NCBI GenBank assembly: GCA_965203805.1 | Contig: OZ241917.1 | Coordinates: forward strand, 928,001 to 992,000 | Direction: 5' to 3' | DNA from: Candidatus Latescibacterota bacterium | GTDB lineage: Bacteria > Latescibacterota > UBA2968 > GCA-2709665 | DNA: 64,000 nucleotides | Made by a program: the position numbers and the translations under genes | The notes under the pieces: model-generated | Told to the model about the DNA's origin: nothing | Databases searched by the model: none | Seen by the model: only the letters and a program-made list of their open reading frames with translations | Part shown: in pieces, positions 39,439-48,392 of the stretch | Layout of the letters: each line of letters begins with the position of its first letter | Numbering within the stretch: position 1 is the first letter of the stretch

Positions 39439-40302
39439 ATGAGACTCGGCATTGTCGGAATGCTGCCCGGCGACCCCCGGTGTTTTACGGAAAGACACTT
39501 CGAGAAGATCAGGGAACTGGGTTTTACGGGCGCAGGGTTCCACCTGCCGGGTGAGCTGGTGAACACAATCTCCGCCAAAGACTGCGCCGGCTGCAAGCAA
39601 CTGTTTGCCGACCACGATATCGATCTCGCGCAATTCGCCGTCACCTACGGCGACTGTCTGTTCGACCCGGATCCCGTCGTCCGGGCGGAAGCCGTATCGA
39701 AGGTGGTCCGCGGAGCCACGCTCGCCGCGCGACTTGGCGCTTTGTGCTACCTGATAAGGCCGGGCAGCCGCAATCCCGCCGGCCCGTGGACGCCTCATCG
39801 TGAGAACCACACGCCTGAAGCGTACCGGTTGCTTGTCCGCACCCTGAGGGAAATTGCCCGGCGCACGGCGACGCTGAACGTCGTTACGGTTGTGGAAACC
39901 CACGTTATATCCATACTCAACACACCGGGCGTCTGCCGCCGGCTGGTGGATTCGGTGCGCAGCGCGAACGTAAGGCTGGTCATGGACTATGTCAACCACT
40001 TCGAATCCATCGACCAGGTCCATAACGACACGGAACGCCTGAACCATATATTCGAGACCATCGGCGCGCTGGCGCCGGTCTGCCATGTCAAGGATATCAG
40101 TGTCGCAAACCGTCTGGTTGTACATCTAAACGAAGCGGTTCCAGGCCTCGGTGAACTGAACCTGGCGCTTGCGCTGGGGCTGTTTCATGCCCACCATCCG
40201 GACGGTTACGCGCTTATCGAACACCTCGGTCCGGACCAGATTCCACTTGCCGCCGAAAATGTCCGGAATATTGCGAGTCGCGCGGGCATCCCCATTTGCT
40301 GA
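39439..40302 (+). CDS. Sugar phosphate isomerase/epimerase (TIM barrel)
   Basis: VETH, MDYVN, HVKD, PGLGEL, LIEH. Confidence 0.85.
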   Translation: MRLGIVGMLPGDPRCFTERHFEKIRELGFTGAGFHLPGELVNTISAKDCAGCKQLFADHDIDLAQFAVTYGDCLFDPDPVVRAEAVSKVVRGATLAARLGALCYLIRPGSRNPAGPWTPHRENHTPEAYRLLVRTLREIARRTATLNVVTVVETHVISILNTPGVCRRLVDSVRSANVRLVMDYVNHFESIDQVHNDTERLNHIFETIGALAPVCHVKDISVANRLVVHLNEAVPGLGELNLALALGLFHAHHPDGYALIEHLGPDQIPLAAENVRNIASRAGIPIC

Positions 40303-40341
40303 ATCAGGGCAATAGCACAGTTCATTGCCGCCGGACCGGCC

Positions 40342-40554
40342 TCAATCCCTCCGCGGGAACTTCAACCGCCGGATGCAGGCGCCGACGGCAAGTCCGAGAC
40401 TCGCGCCGATCGATACCCCGGCGCTCAGCCACAGACCGAAGTCACCGCTGCCCACGCCGAACATGGAACCGGCGCCGGCGCCGACGCCGGATCCGACCGC
40501 CATCCATTTTCCAATCTCCCGTTGTCCGTTTCCGCCTTGCTGCCGTCCGGACAT
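40342..40554 (-). CDS. Small Gly-zipper two-TM membrane protein
   Basis: AGGA RBS; MAVGSGVGAGAG...WLSAGVSIGASLGLAVG GxxxG repeats. Confidence 0.6.
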   Translation of the reverse strand: MSGRQQGGNGQREIGKWMAVGSGVGAGAGSMFGVGSGDFGLWLSAGVSIGASLGLAVGACIRRLKFPRRD

Positions 40555-40813
40555 GGCGAATCCTTTCCTGTGCGTGGGCCACCCCTGCATCGCGGCCAAT
40601 ATACGGGCCGGGGCCGAACGGGACAAGCTCAAACCTCCACCTGAATCGAATCGATTATTGCCTTGACAGTGCCGGTGTCCAAGCCGTAGATATGAAAGCG
40701 GAGACCGGCTACCGGGGGTGGCGGGCTGTCGTTGCCTGGCCGTTCTCCGGGAGAAGCACACGCCACGCGCCAGCATTCTCTCACGGAGAACGGCTGCCTG
40801 AAAGGAGATCCGG

Positions 40814-41671
40814 ATGCAACCGGAACTGATCGCGGACTACAGTTGTGAAACGGGTGAAGGACCGCTCTGGCACCCGATTGAAAAAATGGTCTACTGGACC
40901 GATATTCCCGCGGGTCGCGTATTTCGTTACGACCCGACCACCGGAATGCACGAAATCTGTTACACAGGCGACGTCGTGGGTGGTTTTACCGTCCAGGCCG
41001 ACGGGTCCCTGCTCTTCTTCATGGAAAGAGGCGCGGTGCGTGTCTGGCGCGACGGCGAACTCTCCACGGTCATCGACGAGATTCCCGACGAGCGAGAGAC
41101 CCGGTTCAATGACGTCATTGCGGATCCCGAGGGGCGGGTATTCTGCGGGACCATGCCCACACCGGAGCGGCCGGGAAGGCTATACCGGCTGGACACGGAC
41201 GGTACGCTTCACCTGATCCTCGAAGACGTGGGGATTTCCAATGGAATGGGCTTCACGTCGGACCACAGGACCATGTATTTCACGGACACCCCCACACTGA
41301 ATATCTACCGGTTCGACTACGATCGAGAAACCGGCGTGATAACGAACCGGGAGGTGTTTGCAAAAGCGGCGGCAGGCGACGGGATGCCGGACGGTATGAC
41401 CGTGGACGCCCACGGCTATATCTGGTCGGCCCGGTGGGACGGCCACTGTCTTGTCCGCTACACGCCTCAAGGCGTCGAAGAACGGCGCATCCGATTCCCC
41501 GTCAGGAAAGTGTCGAGCCTCACCTTCGGCGGAGAAGACTGCGACGACATCTACGTGACAACGGCAGGCGGAAACATCAGACACGAAGACGGCGAACACG
41601 CCGGCGCCCTCTTCCGTCTGAACCTGGGCATCCGCGGCGTCCCGGAGTTCTACTCTCGCGTCGGACTGTAG
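40814..41671 (+). CDS. SMP-30/gluconolactonase/LRE family protein
   Basis: GEGPLW, RFND, ISNGMGF, PDGMTVD. Confidence 0.92.
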   Translation: MQPELIADYSCETGEGPLWHPIEKMVYWTDIPAGRVFRYDPTTGMHEICYTGDVVGGFTVQADGSLLFFMERGAVRVWRDGELSTVIDEIPDERETRFNDVIADPEGRVFCGTMPTPERPGRLYRLDTDGTLHLILEDVGISNGMGFTSDHRTMYFTDTPTLNIYRFDYDRETGVITNREVFAKAAAGDGMPDGMTVDAHGYIWSARWDGHCLVRYTPQGVEERRIRFPVRKVSSLTFGGEDCDDIYVTTAGGNIRHEDGEHAGALFRLNLGIRGVPEFYSRVGL

Positions 41672-41699
41672 CGATCATCACAACCACACGCCAACCCAG

Positions 41700-41723
41700 G
41701 GGCGACGCATGCGTCGCCCTTAC
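41700..41723 (-). repeat. REP-like palindrome (GTAA/GTAG-type)
   Basis: Perfect palindrome GGGCGACGCATGCGTCGCCC followed by TTAC. Confidence 0.65.
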
Positions 41724-41962
41724 GCTTTTTCTGTTCCTGTCCGCTGTGTAAGAATCTCCAGGCGATCTCTAAACGAACCCGACGCTTCGTGCGTTTAACA
41801 ATAAAGACTCGGTATAAGCCGATTTTTCGCTGTGTTGGCGTTTGTAGAGTTACTTTTGAGGATCTGACATCGTACAATAACACGGAGACCCGAGTGGATT
41901 CTGTATTGGACATAGAATTCTCAACCTCACGGGAATTTGTCCCAAGGATACGACCATTGTAT

Positions 41963-42478
41963 ATGGACGAATCAGATCTGGTGGTCAGGGCACAGAACGG
42001 CGACATCGAAGCATTTGAAAAGCTTGTAGACATATACAAAGGCATGGTCTTGTCAATTGGCTACCAGATTGCGGGAAACGGTGATGACGCTCAGGATATC
42101 TGTCAGGAGAGCTTTATTAAGCTGAACAAAAACATCCGCAAGTACACGCAAACACACAGATTCTCGACCTGGCTATATAGAATGGTCGCAAATACAGCAA
42201 TCGACTACCTTCGAAAAGAGCGAAAGCGCCGGGGCGTGCGCCTCGAGCCCGACATTCCGGAGCCGAACCGGACGTTCGACCACGATCTTAGACTCTCGCT
42301 CGAACAGATTCTCGTCAAGCTCTCACCCAGGCAGCGAATCGCCTTTGTGCTACGGGACCTTCAAGGTTTTCCGCTGGAGGAAGTAGCGACAATACTCCGG
42401 TGCACCGGCGTGACTGTCCGGGTTCACCTTCACAATGCCCGGACACGAATCAGAAAAAACCTGGAGAACGAGATATGA
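41963..42478 (+). CDS. ECF RNA polymerase sigma factor
   Basis: AQNGDIEAF, DAQDICQESF, FSTWLYRMVAN..IDYLR, LSPRQR..FVLRD..G...EEVA, TVRVHLHNAR. Confidence 0.92.
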   Translation: MDESDLVVRAQNGDIEAFEKLVDIYKGMVLSIGYQIAGNGDDAQDICQESFIKLNKNIRKYTQTHRFSTWLYRMVANTAIDYLRKERKRRGVRLEPDIPEPNRTFDHDLRLSLEQILVKLSPRQRIAFVLRDLQGFPLEEVATILRCTGVTVRVHLHNARTRIRKNLENEI

Positions 42479-43116
42479 TCTGTCGTATCGTACGGTTGTT
42501 TTTGCCGCTTTACATTGAAAACGACCTCCCGGACTTGATCGCGTCCAGGCTCTCCCGTCATCTTGGACATTGCGATTCATGTGTTGCTGACCGTCAGTCA
42601 TTCATGGGTTCTCAAAGCGCCGTGAGAGAGATTGCGACGCGCGAGATTCCACTGACACAACCAGAGCTGTTTTCGACGCAAACCGGATCTGGTCTTCAGG
42701 TCGCCCAGACCGATCAAGAGCCAATACATACAAGAACCAACCGTCAATTTGAATGGAGACCGGTATTTTTGTTTTCGGTCGCTGCCGTTGTGCTGATTGC
42801 AGCCATCGGATATCTGATGGAGCATTCGAGCGAGAATACCAAAGGGCAGACTGCCTATTCGGATGATACTGAAACGCGGACCGTTTTGACCGAAAGAAAG
42901 CCTCCCGATTTCCGGCCGCAGACCCGTGCCGAAATCTCCGCCTTGATGAAACGCTTAAATCCCAGGGCACACCTGACAGATGAAGATCTGGACGCCGAAT
43001 ATCCGGTACTCGTTTCGGTCAACCAACCCGATGTCGTGCCCGTTATTTATCGTACGAACGACCCTACCACAACAATTGTGTGGGTTCTGCCGCGGAAAGG
43101 AGCGAATCACCAATGA
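42475..43116 (+). CDS. Zinc-binding anti-sigma factor (zf-HC2/ZAS) with one TM helix
   Basis: HLGHCDSC HxxxCxxC; TM VFLFSVAAVVLIAAIGYL; ATGA overlap with sigma gene. Confidence 0.8.
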   Translation: MICRIVRLFLPLYIENDLPDLIASRLSRHLGHCDSCVADRQSFMGSQSAVREIATREIPLTQPELFSTQTGSGLQVAQTDQEPIHTRTNRQFEWRPVFLFSVAAVVLIAAIGYLMEHSSENTKGQTAYSDDTETRTVLTERKPPDFRPQTRAEISALMKRLNPRAHLTDEDLDAEYPVLVSVNQPDVVPVIYRTNDPTTTIVWVLPRKGANHQ

Positions 43117-43928
43117 AACAATGTAGATGCCGAGCGATCGCAACCGCCAGGTTTTCGACAATATTGGCCGCCGTTCTTTCTATAGCTGCATTCTCGTCTC
43201 CATGCAACGCTACGGGGACCGCGGATTCGACGAAAGCCGCTGACCTGGAGGAACTCCTTCCTCCAGGCGTCGAGATGTTCCATATCAAGTACCTCGCAGG
43301 CCCCACGGTCATAGAACTCTTGCAGGCTTTTGAAATCGAATACGAAAGCATCAAGAAGTATGGACGGACAAAGCTTTTCATCAAGTTCAAAAATCCGTTG
43401 TCCGCAGTGCGCGCCAGAAAACTGCTTGCCAAATTTGATATACCTCCCCGTCGGATCGAAATCCATTTACGACAGATATTGGCTTCGCACGTGGCATTTT
43501 ATGAAACTGTGGATGGGGTGAATCGCATGCTTGATCGTCCAATACCCGATGAGACCCTCCGGGATCAATTGAAACAGGCATTTAAATTCCACCACTACAA
43601 TCTCATGGGAAGCGGTAGATCGACTTCGAACGCGGGCAGCACGAGCAAGCCCTCACTGCAGATTACCCCCCCGCTGAAACTCGCGGACGCTTCGGGAGAC
43701 GAAGTCTTGAACTTCGCCGCCACAAATGCGAGCTATTGGTTGGAATTCATCGATGAGGGCAAGGGTGTGATTCAGTTACGAAGTCTTAAAGTTCTCTCGA
43801 TTGGGAGCCATGGTCTTAACACTTCACTGAACATCAAGAACGGCGAGACGGTCATTGTGGGGAGATCAGTTCACGACGAAGACGACATTGCAATTATAAC
43901 CGTTGTCAGCGCAAGGACGGTGGATTGA
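43113..43928 (+). CDS. Exported protein with secretin-like motifs
   Basis: Signal peptide; FHIKY...LAKFDIPPRRIEI and LNTSLNIKNGETVIVG resemble secretin N3/core segments; ATGA overlap with anti-sigma. Confidence 0.6.
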   Translation: MKQCRCRAIATARFSTILAAVLSIAAFSSPCNATGTADSTKAADLEELLPPGVEMFHIKYLAGPTVIELLQAFEIEYESIKKYGRTKLFIKFKNPLSAVRARKLLAKFDIPPRRIEIHLRQILASHVAFYETVDGVNRMLDRPIPDETLRDQLKQAFKFHHYNLMGSGRSTSNAGSTSKPSLQITPPLKLADASGDEVLNFAATNASYWLEFIDEGKGVIQLRSLKVLSIGSHGLNTSLNIKNGETVIVGRSVHDEDDIAIITVVSARTVD

Positions 43929-43955
43929 GCAGAACGTCCGTTGATGGTGTATAAA

Positions 43956-43994
43956 CGAAAAAGCCTGATATGCAATGACATATCAGGCTTTGTT
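43956..43994. repeat. 39-bp hairpin repeat, copy 1 (terminator-like)
   Basis: CGAAAAAGCCTGATATGCAATGACATATCAGGCTTTGTT; 13-bp stem; identical to 44817-44855. Confidence 0.9.
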
Positions 43995-44090
43995 TATGTG
44001 ATCATTAAAGATGGACGGGGCCAGCCACGTGGTGCAGAAGACAGGTCAAGTCATGATCGGCAAGCTGCTGACACCCCAGCCGCCGAAGCC

Positions 44091-44114
44091 GGGCGCCCAC
44101 AAGGGACGCCCTAC
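44091..44114 (-). repeat. REP-like palindrome (GTAG-type)
   Basis: GGGCGCCC-ACAA-GGGACGCCC-TAC. Confidence 0.6.
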
Positions 44115-44176
44115 ACGACAGTGCCGGATTTCTGGAAATGTGGCCGTGGCCCGAATCTCCTACGCAATGGCATAGC

Positions 44177-44200
44177 GGGCGGTTCGCGAATCGCCCCTAC
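44177..44200 (-). repeat. REP-like palindrome (GTAG-type)
   Basis: GGGCGGTTCGCGAATCGCCC-CTAC. Confidence 0.65.
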
Positions 44201-44268
44201 TACAAACCGGACGTCCGTGAGTTGATATCGCGTGTGAAATCGCCGATCAATGGGGTCCGGCGGTGTCC

Positions 44269-44303
44269 TCTACCGTCTACCCTCTTACGTCTCACGTCGC
44301 ACC
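44269..44303 (+). repeat. Degenerate heptamer tandem repeat (5 units)
   Basis: TCTACCG TCTACCC TCTTACG TCTCACG TCGCACC. Confidence 0.55.
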
Positions 44304-44513
44304 GCCCTTAGCCGCCCGCCTCATCCCCTGGCCAGGTTCCGGCAGGCCCTGATGAGATCCGATGAATACGGTATGAAAAACTACGGATCACACATCCCCC
44401 GCTTGCCTGAGGTTTCAGAATTCCCTATCTTGAATGTATTCAACGTGAGTCTGTTGTCGGTGGACCGGTATAATTTCACCGTCACATGCCTATCAAACAG
44501 GTTGGAGCGAACG

Positions 44514-44765
44514 ATGTCAACGCGACAGGTTGTAATTGACGTACCGGAGAAGGTGATGCTGGCTGCAAGCAGCGATGAGGCCGACTTCGCCCGCTTATTG
44601 CGAACTTCAGCCGCTGTAAAGATGTATGAACTGGGTCGCCTTTCTTCAGGCCGGGCTGCCGAACTCGCGGGCACGTCACGGGTTGAATTCCTGTTGGCCC
44701 TCGAAAAGTACAGGGTTTTTCCATTGGAGGCTGAGTTAAGAGACCTGAAACGCCAACATGCCTGA
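44514..44765 (+). CDS. UPF0175-family putative antitoxin
   Basis: AVKMYELGRLSSGRAAELAGTSRVEFL signature; GGAG RBS. Confidence 0.85.
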   Translation: MSTRQVVIDVPEKVMLAASSDEADFARLLRTSAAVKMYELGRLSSGRAAELAGTSRVEFLLALEKYRVFPLEAELRDLKRQHA

Positions 44766-44829
44766 AGTGATAAGCAATGCGCCGAAAGCCGACCGTCCGG
44801 TCGCCCCTACAACATGCGAAAAAGCCTGA
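44758..44829 (+). pseudogene. Stub of a probable DUF3368/PIN toxin gene
   Basis: Start overlaps the antitoxin stop; MPEVISN resembles a PIN-domain N-terminus; then runs into a REP and stops after 23 aa. Confidence 0.5.
44790..44810 (-). repeat. Truncated REP-like palindrome (GTAG-type)
   Basis: CGACCG-TC-CGGTCG-CCCCTAC; left GGG arm missing. Confidence 0.55.
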
Positions 44830-44855
44830 TATGCAATGACATATCAGGCTTTGTT
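44817..44855. repeat. 39-bp hairpin repeat, copy 2
   Basis: Identical to 43956-43994, same orientation. Confidence 0.9.
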
Positions 44856-44910
44856 CATTCAACAGCGAAGGGTTGGCAGAAACGGCAATCTTGCGTCAAT
44901 CCAGCCCCAA

Positions 44911-45696
44911 TTATCCCCGCGCGAGGTCGCGATACGCCCGGAAGAGATCCGCGTAGTACGCCGTAAACATCCACAGATCGCCCACCCCGCGGTCCGCACT
45001 GCGTTCCGCTTCGGCCGACATATATCCGTCGTATCCTTTTTCGTGAAGCAGCCGGAACAGCTCTCTGTAAGGATATCCCTGTCCGGCGAGGTCGTGCATG
45101 TGCACGTGGTCCAGCCATGGCCAGACCGTGTCCAGCGCCTGCTTGACCGACCCGTCGACCACGTCCTCAGCCACCGAGTTCCAGATCAGTCCGATATTCT
45201 CGTGGTCCACCCTGTCGGCCACCGCCCGGCAGGATCGCCAGTCGAATTCACCGTGCAGTTCCAGGCAAGGTTTGATACTTTTCGCGGAGCCGTACGCGCA
45301 TAGCTCCTGGAGCGCATCGGCCACCTGGGCGATCGTCCTCTCTTTCGGCACTTCTTTGGGGAAATTGTTCCCGAAGACCCTCACCCTGGGCGCCCCCAGG
45401 TCCGCTGCCAGATCCATCCGCACCTTGGTCTGTTCGATCTGGTCCCGCAAGTCGGACGCGTCGACGTCGTGATACCGGTTTCCCGTGGCGATGCTCATGA
45501 TTTCGATCCCGGCCGCGCCGCAATCGGCAACCACCTGCCTGCGTTCGGCGTCGTCAATCGACGCCTCCACCCCGTGTCCGTGCCCCAGGTCCGTCCGGAA
45601 TTCAACCCCCTCGACGCCATGGTCACTCAGCGTCTGCAGCAAGTCCTGTCGCGAAAGTTCCTTCAGAACACCATAGGTCATCCAGGATAGTTTCAT
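44911..45696 (-). CDS. Sugar phosphate isomerase/epimerase (TIM barrel)
   Basis: GVEFR, RVRVFG, LELHG, HVHMHD, SAE. Confidence 0.85.
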   Translation of the reverse strand: MKLSWMTYGVLKELSRQDLLQTLSDHGVEGVEFRTDLGHGHGVEASIDDAERRQVVADCGAAGIEIMSIATGNRYHDVDASDLRDQIEQTKVRMDLAADLGAPRVRVFGNNFPKEVPKERTIAQVADALQELCAYGSAKSIKPCLELHGEFDWRSCRAVADRVDHENIGLIWNSVAEDVVDGSVKQALDTVWPWLDHVHMHDLAGQGYPYRELFRLLHEKGYDGYMSAEAERSADRGVGDLWMFTAYYADLFRAYRDLARG

Positions 45697-45759
45697 TTAC
45701 GACTCTCCTCTGACAAGCTGTCTTAAGGGTGATAAGCCGACCGCCGTCCTCGGCTTACA

Positions 45760-46485
45760 TCAGACCACCGGCTCCTTGCCGATCCTTGCAAAACCCTCCG
45801 CGTACCGGCAGTCGTTCATCCCGGCCATATGCTGCGCCTCGATGGCGCGGTACCGGTTCAGGACGGTATAAACTTCCGGCAAGGGCGGCTGAGCGGCGAG
45901 TTTCTTCAAGGCTTCGATCTTCTGTTCGAAAACCGATGAAATATCCACGTACAGATCGGGGACGAACCCGGAAACCGGCGACGTCCCCATTGTGGTTTCA
46001 TAACAGACGACAAGCGGTCGCCCACACGGGGTATCGGCGGTATTGATTCCCCCTGCATTGCAATACGAACACGCCCACAACACGGCCTGCGTGGTCTCCA
46101 CGTGGTCGGGATGCATCACATCGTTGACCCAGTGACTCAGCACGAGGTCCGGTCTGAACCGCCGAACCGCTTCCAGCAACTGCAGCCGGCGTTCGGGGCC
46201 GACCACCAGCGGACTGTCACCGAAGTCGAAACAGTCGATGCTCGCGCCAAGGATCTCCGCGGCGGCCTCGAATTCCGCCTTGCGCTTTTCCTTGACGTCC
46301 TCCAGCGTCCGGTACGGGTCCTCCGCCCACAATGCCGGCGATTCGCAACGTTCTCCGAAGGTCAGATTATGGACGTGTACCGTACCGCCGGCCTCGACGA
46401 AACGGATGATCGCACCGCCGGCGCGCGAGCAGAAATCCGCTGCGTGAGCGCTGAAGACCAGAACCCGCATTCCCTCTCGAATCAT
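45760..46485 (-). CDS. PIG-L/LmbE-family protein, GalB (4-oxalmesaconate hydratase)-like
   Basis: SAHAADFCSRAGGAI, FGERCES..LW, HPDH, YVDIS, YAEGF. Confidence 0.75.
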   Translation of the reverse strand: MIREGMRVLVFSAHAADFCSRAGGAIIRFVEAGGTVHVHNLTFGERCESPALWAEDPYRTLEDVKEKRKAEFEAAAEILGASIDCFDFGDSPLVVGPERRLQLLEAVRRFRPDLVLSHWVNDVMHPDHVETTQAVLWACSYCNAGGINTADTPCGRPLVVCYETTMGTSPVSGFVPDLYVDISSVFEQKIEALKKLAAQPPLPEVYTVLNRYRAIEAQHMAGMNDCRYAEGFARIGKEPVV

Positions 46486-46534
46486 CCCGCTTCCCCCCAA
46501 GAAGCCCACAGTTTCGCTGAAGCTCGCACGTCTG

Positions 46535-47287
46535 CTACGTATCCTGACCGTATTGGCGCAGCGTCCCGTCGTCTTCCGGTGTATACCCGAGCATTTCCCG
46601 GGCATTGGTCAGGTCCCATTTCTTCTCACAGCCGGCCGACACCCCGTAGAAGATCCCGAACGGCACATGACTCGATTCGATGGACCTCCGGACCAGTTGC
46701 GCGAGATCCCTCGGACTCAGCCAGCGGGAACACCCCGGCTCATACCGCTGTCCAGGCACGTCCTCGCCATTGAAATTCGCCACCCGAAGGCAGATCACAC
46801 GGACTCCGTGCCGGTCCGAGTAGAACCTCCCGAGGGCTTCGCCGAAGGCCTTTCCCGCCCCGTATACGCCATCCGGCCGCACCGGGCTTTCCGGGGTCGA
46901 AACAAGCCCTTCTCTCTCGTATAACCCGGTCACGTGGTTGGTGCTTGCGAAAACGACCGCGGGCACCTCATTTATTCGTGCAGCCTCGAGAATATTGTAC
47001 ACGCCCGGGATATCCACATCCAGGGTTGCCTTCGCGACGTCCTCCGGCGTCATCCCACCCCATCTCCGGATGGCCAGGTGCACAATGGCGTCGACGCCGG
47101 CCGCGGCTTCGACCATCGCCGCACCGTCCGCCACACTGCCGACTACCACCTGGTCGTCCGGATGCACATCATCGGGAACCTTCGAGTGCAGCAGGAGCCG
47201 AAAACGGTATCGCTCTCGCAGACGGTTCCGGATCGACGTCCCCAGCGAGCCGGCCGCGCCGGTCAGAAATATCCGCTTCTTCCGCAT
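46535..47287 (-). CDS. NAD-dependent epimerase/dehydrogenase, uronate-dehydrogenase-like
   Basis: TGAAGSLG, FASTNHVTG, RPDGVYGAGK.FGE, WLSPRD. Confidence 0.8.
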   Translation of the reverse strand: MRKKRIFLTGAAGSLGTSIRNRLRERYRFRLLLHSKVPDDVHPDDQVVVGSVADGAAMVEAAAGVDAIVHLAIRRWGGMTPEDVAKATLDVDIPGVYNILEAARINEVPAVVFASTNHVTGLYEREGLVSTPESPVRPDGVYGAGKAFGEALGRFYSDRHGVRVICLRVANFNGEDVPGQRYEPGCSRWLSPRDLAQLVRRSIESSHVPFGIFYGVSAGCEKKWDLTNAREMLGYTPEDDGTLRQYGQDT

Positions 47288-47563
47288 AGCGCGTGCGGCC
47301 CCCTCTGCTGTGGTTGATCGAAGAACACAGAATCCAACTTTCGTGCGGCCTCAATGAAGGGAAGATGGCAGACAGGTACGGAAATCAGTCGATCGCGTGG
47401 GACCGGAAGCGCCGTGAAGTAGACCGGCATGATTCGGATCCTGAAGATAGCGCGTGCTTCCCGAAAACGCAATACCGATTCATCCGGGAGGGCCTTGAAT
47501 ACCGGTTCGTTTCTGTATATCTTATCGCAGCTGAAAGTCCCCTTCCATTGTTCCGGAGGCAAC

Positions 47564-48328
47564 GTGACGCCGATCGACATCCCGTGGCTTCTCGGCATCG
47601 TCGGGAAAGCCGGAGAAATCGCCCTGTCCCACTTCGGCAGGACGAAAGGGACGCTCAAGTCCGACAATTCCTGGGTAACCCAGGCGGACCTGGACGTGGA
47701 GGCCTATCTCAGGAAGGAACTCGCTTCGACGTTTCCGGACGATGCCGTGCTCGGCGAAGAGGGCGACGACCCGCCGCCGACGTCATCGAACGTGTGGGCG
47801 ATCGATCCGATCGACGGTACGCGGGCATTCAACCACGGCCTGCCCGTCTGGGGCGTCTCGATCGGCCTGTTAATAAACGGCCGGCCGGCCGCCGGCGCGT
47901 TCATTCTCCCGGTTCTGGGAGACCTCTATTACACCGACGGCGACACCGCTTTCTACAACGGCACTCCGCTCACGCCGCCGACATCCGTTCTGGACGCCAA
48001 CGCCCTGCTGCTGGTCAGCGAAGGCGCATTCAAACAACTCAGGATCGATTACCCGGGCAAGACCCTCAGCCTCGGGTCGGCCGCGGCGCACCTCTGTTAC
48101 GTCGCGCGCGGCTGTGCGGTGGGCGCATTCGACCATGCCTCCGTCTGGGACTACGCCGCGGGCGCTGCCATCCTGCAAGTGCTGGGCGTTCGCCTGCGGT
48201 ATATCTCAGGAAGGGCCGTGGACTTCGAGGAGTTATTCAGGTTGAAGGAAGCGCCTGAACCCACGCTCGCAGCGCCCGATGTCCACTTCGCCTCCCTCCG
48301 GAACGCATTCCGGTCCGCTGAAGGATAG
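47564..48328 (+). CDS. Inositol monophosphatase family protein
   Basis: VTQAD, LGEE, WAIDPIDGT, GSAA, WDYAAG; GTG start after GGAGG. Confidence 0.9.
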   Translation: MTPIDIPWLLGIVGKAGEIALSHFGRTKGTLKSDNSWVTQADLDVEAYLRKELASTFPDDAVLGEEGDDPPPTSSNVWAIDPIDGTRAFNHGLPVWGVSIGLLINGRPAAGAFILPVLGDLYYTDGDTAFYNGTPLTPPTSVLDANALLLVSEGAFKQLRIDYPGKTLSLGSAAAHLCYVARGCAVGAFDHASVWDYAAGAAILQVLGVRLRYISGRAVDFEELFRLKEAPEPTLAAPDVHFASLRNAFRSAEG

Positions 48329-48392
48329 CCGGGGGGCTCAGTTTTGACTCAGAAACGGGAACCAACGCGGAAGTTCCGGCTCGACCGGAAGG

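Noticed and set aside
44345-44410. Hammerhead-ribozyme-like CTGATGA...GAAA
   Set aside because: Stem II is imperfect and lacks the G-C closing pair; no stem III or UH cleavage site could be built
43956-44855. 39-bp repeats as a CRISPR array or integron attC sites
   Set aside because: Only two copies about 860 bp apart, no cas or intI gene, and no RYYYAAC/GTTRRRY boxes
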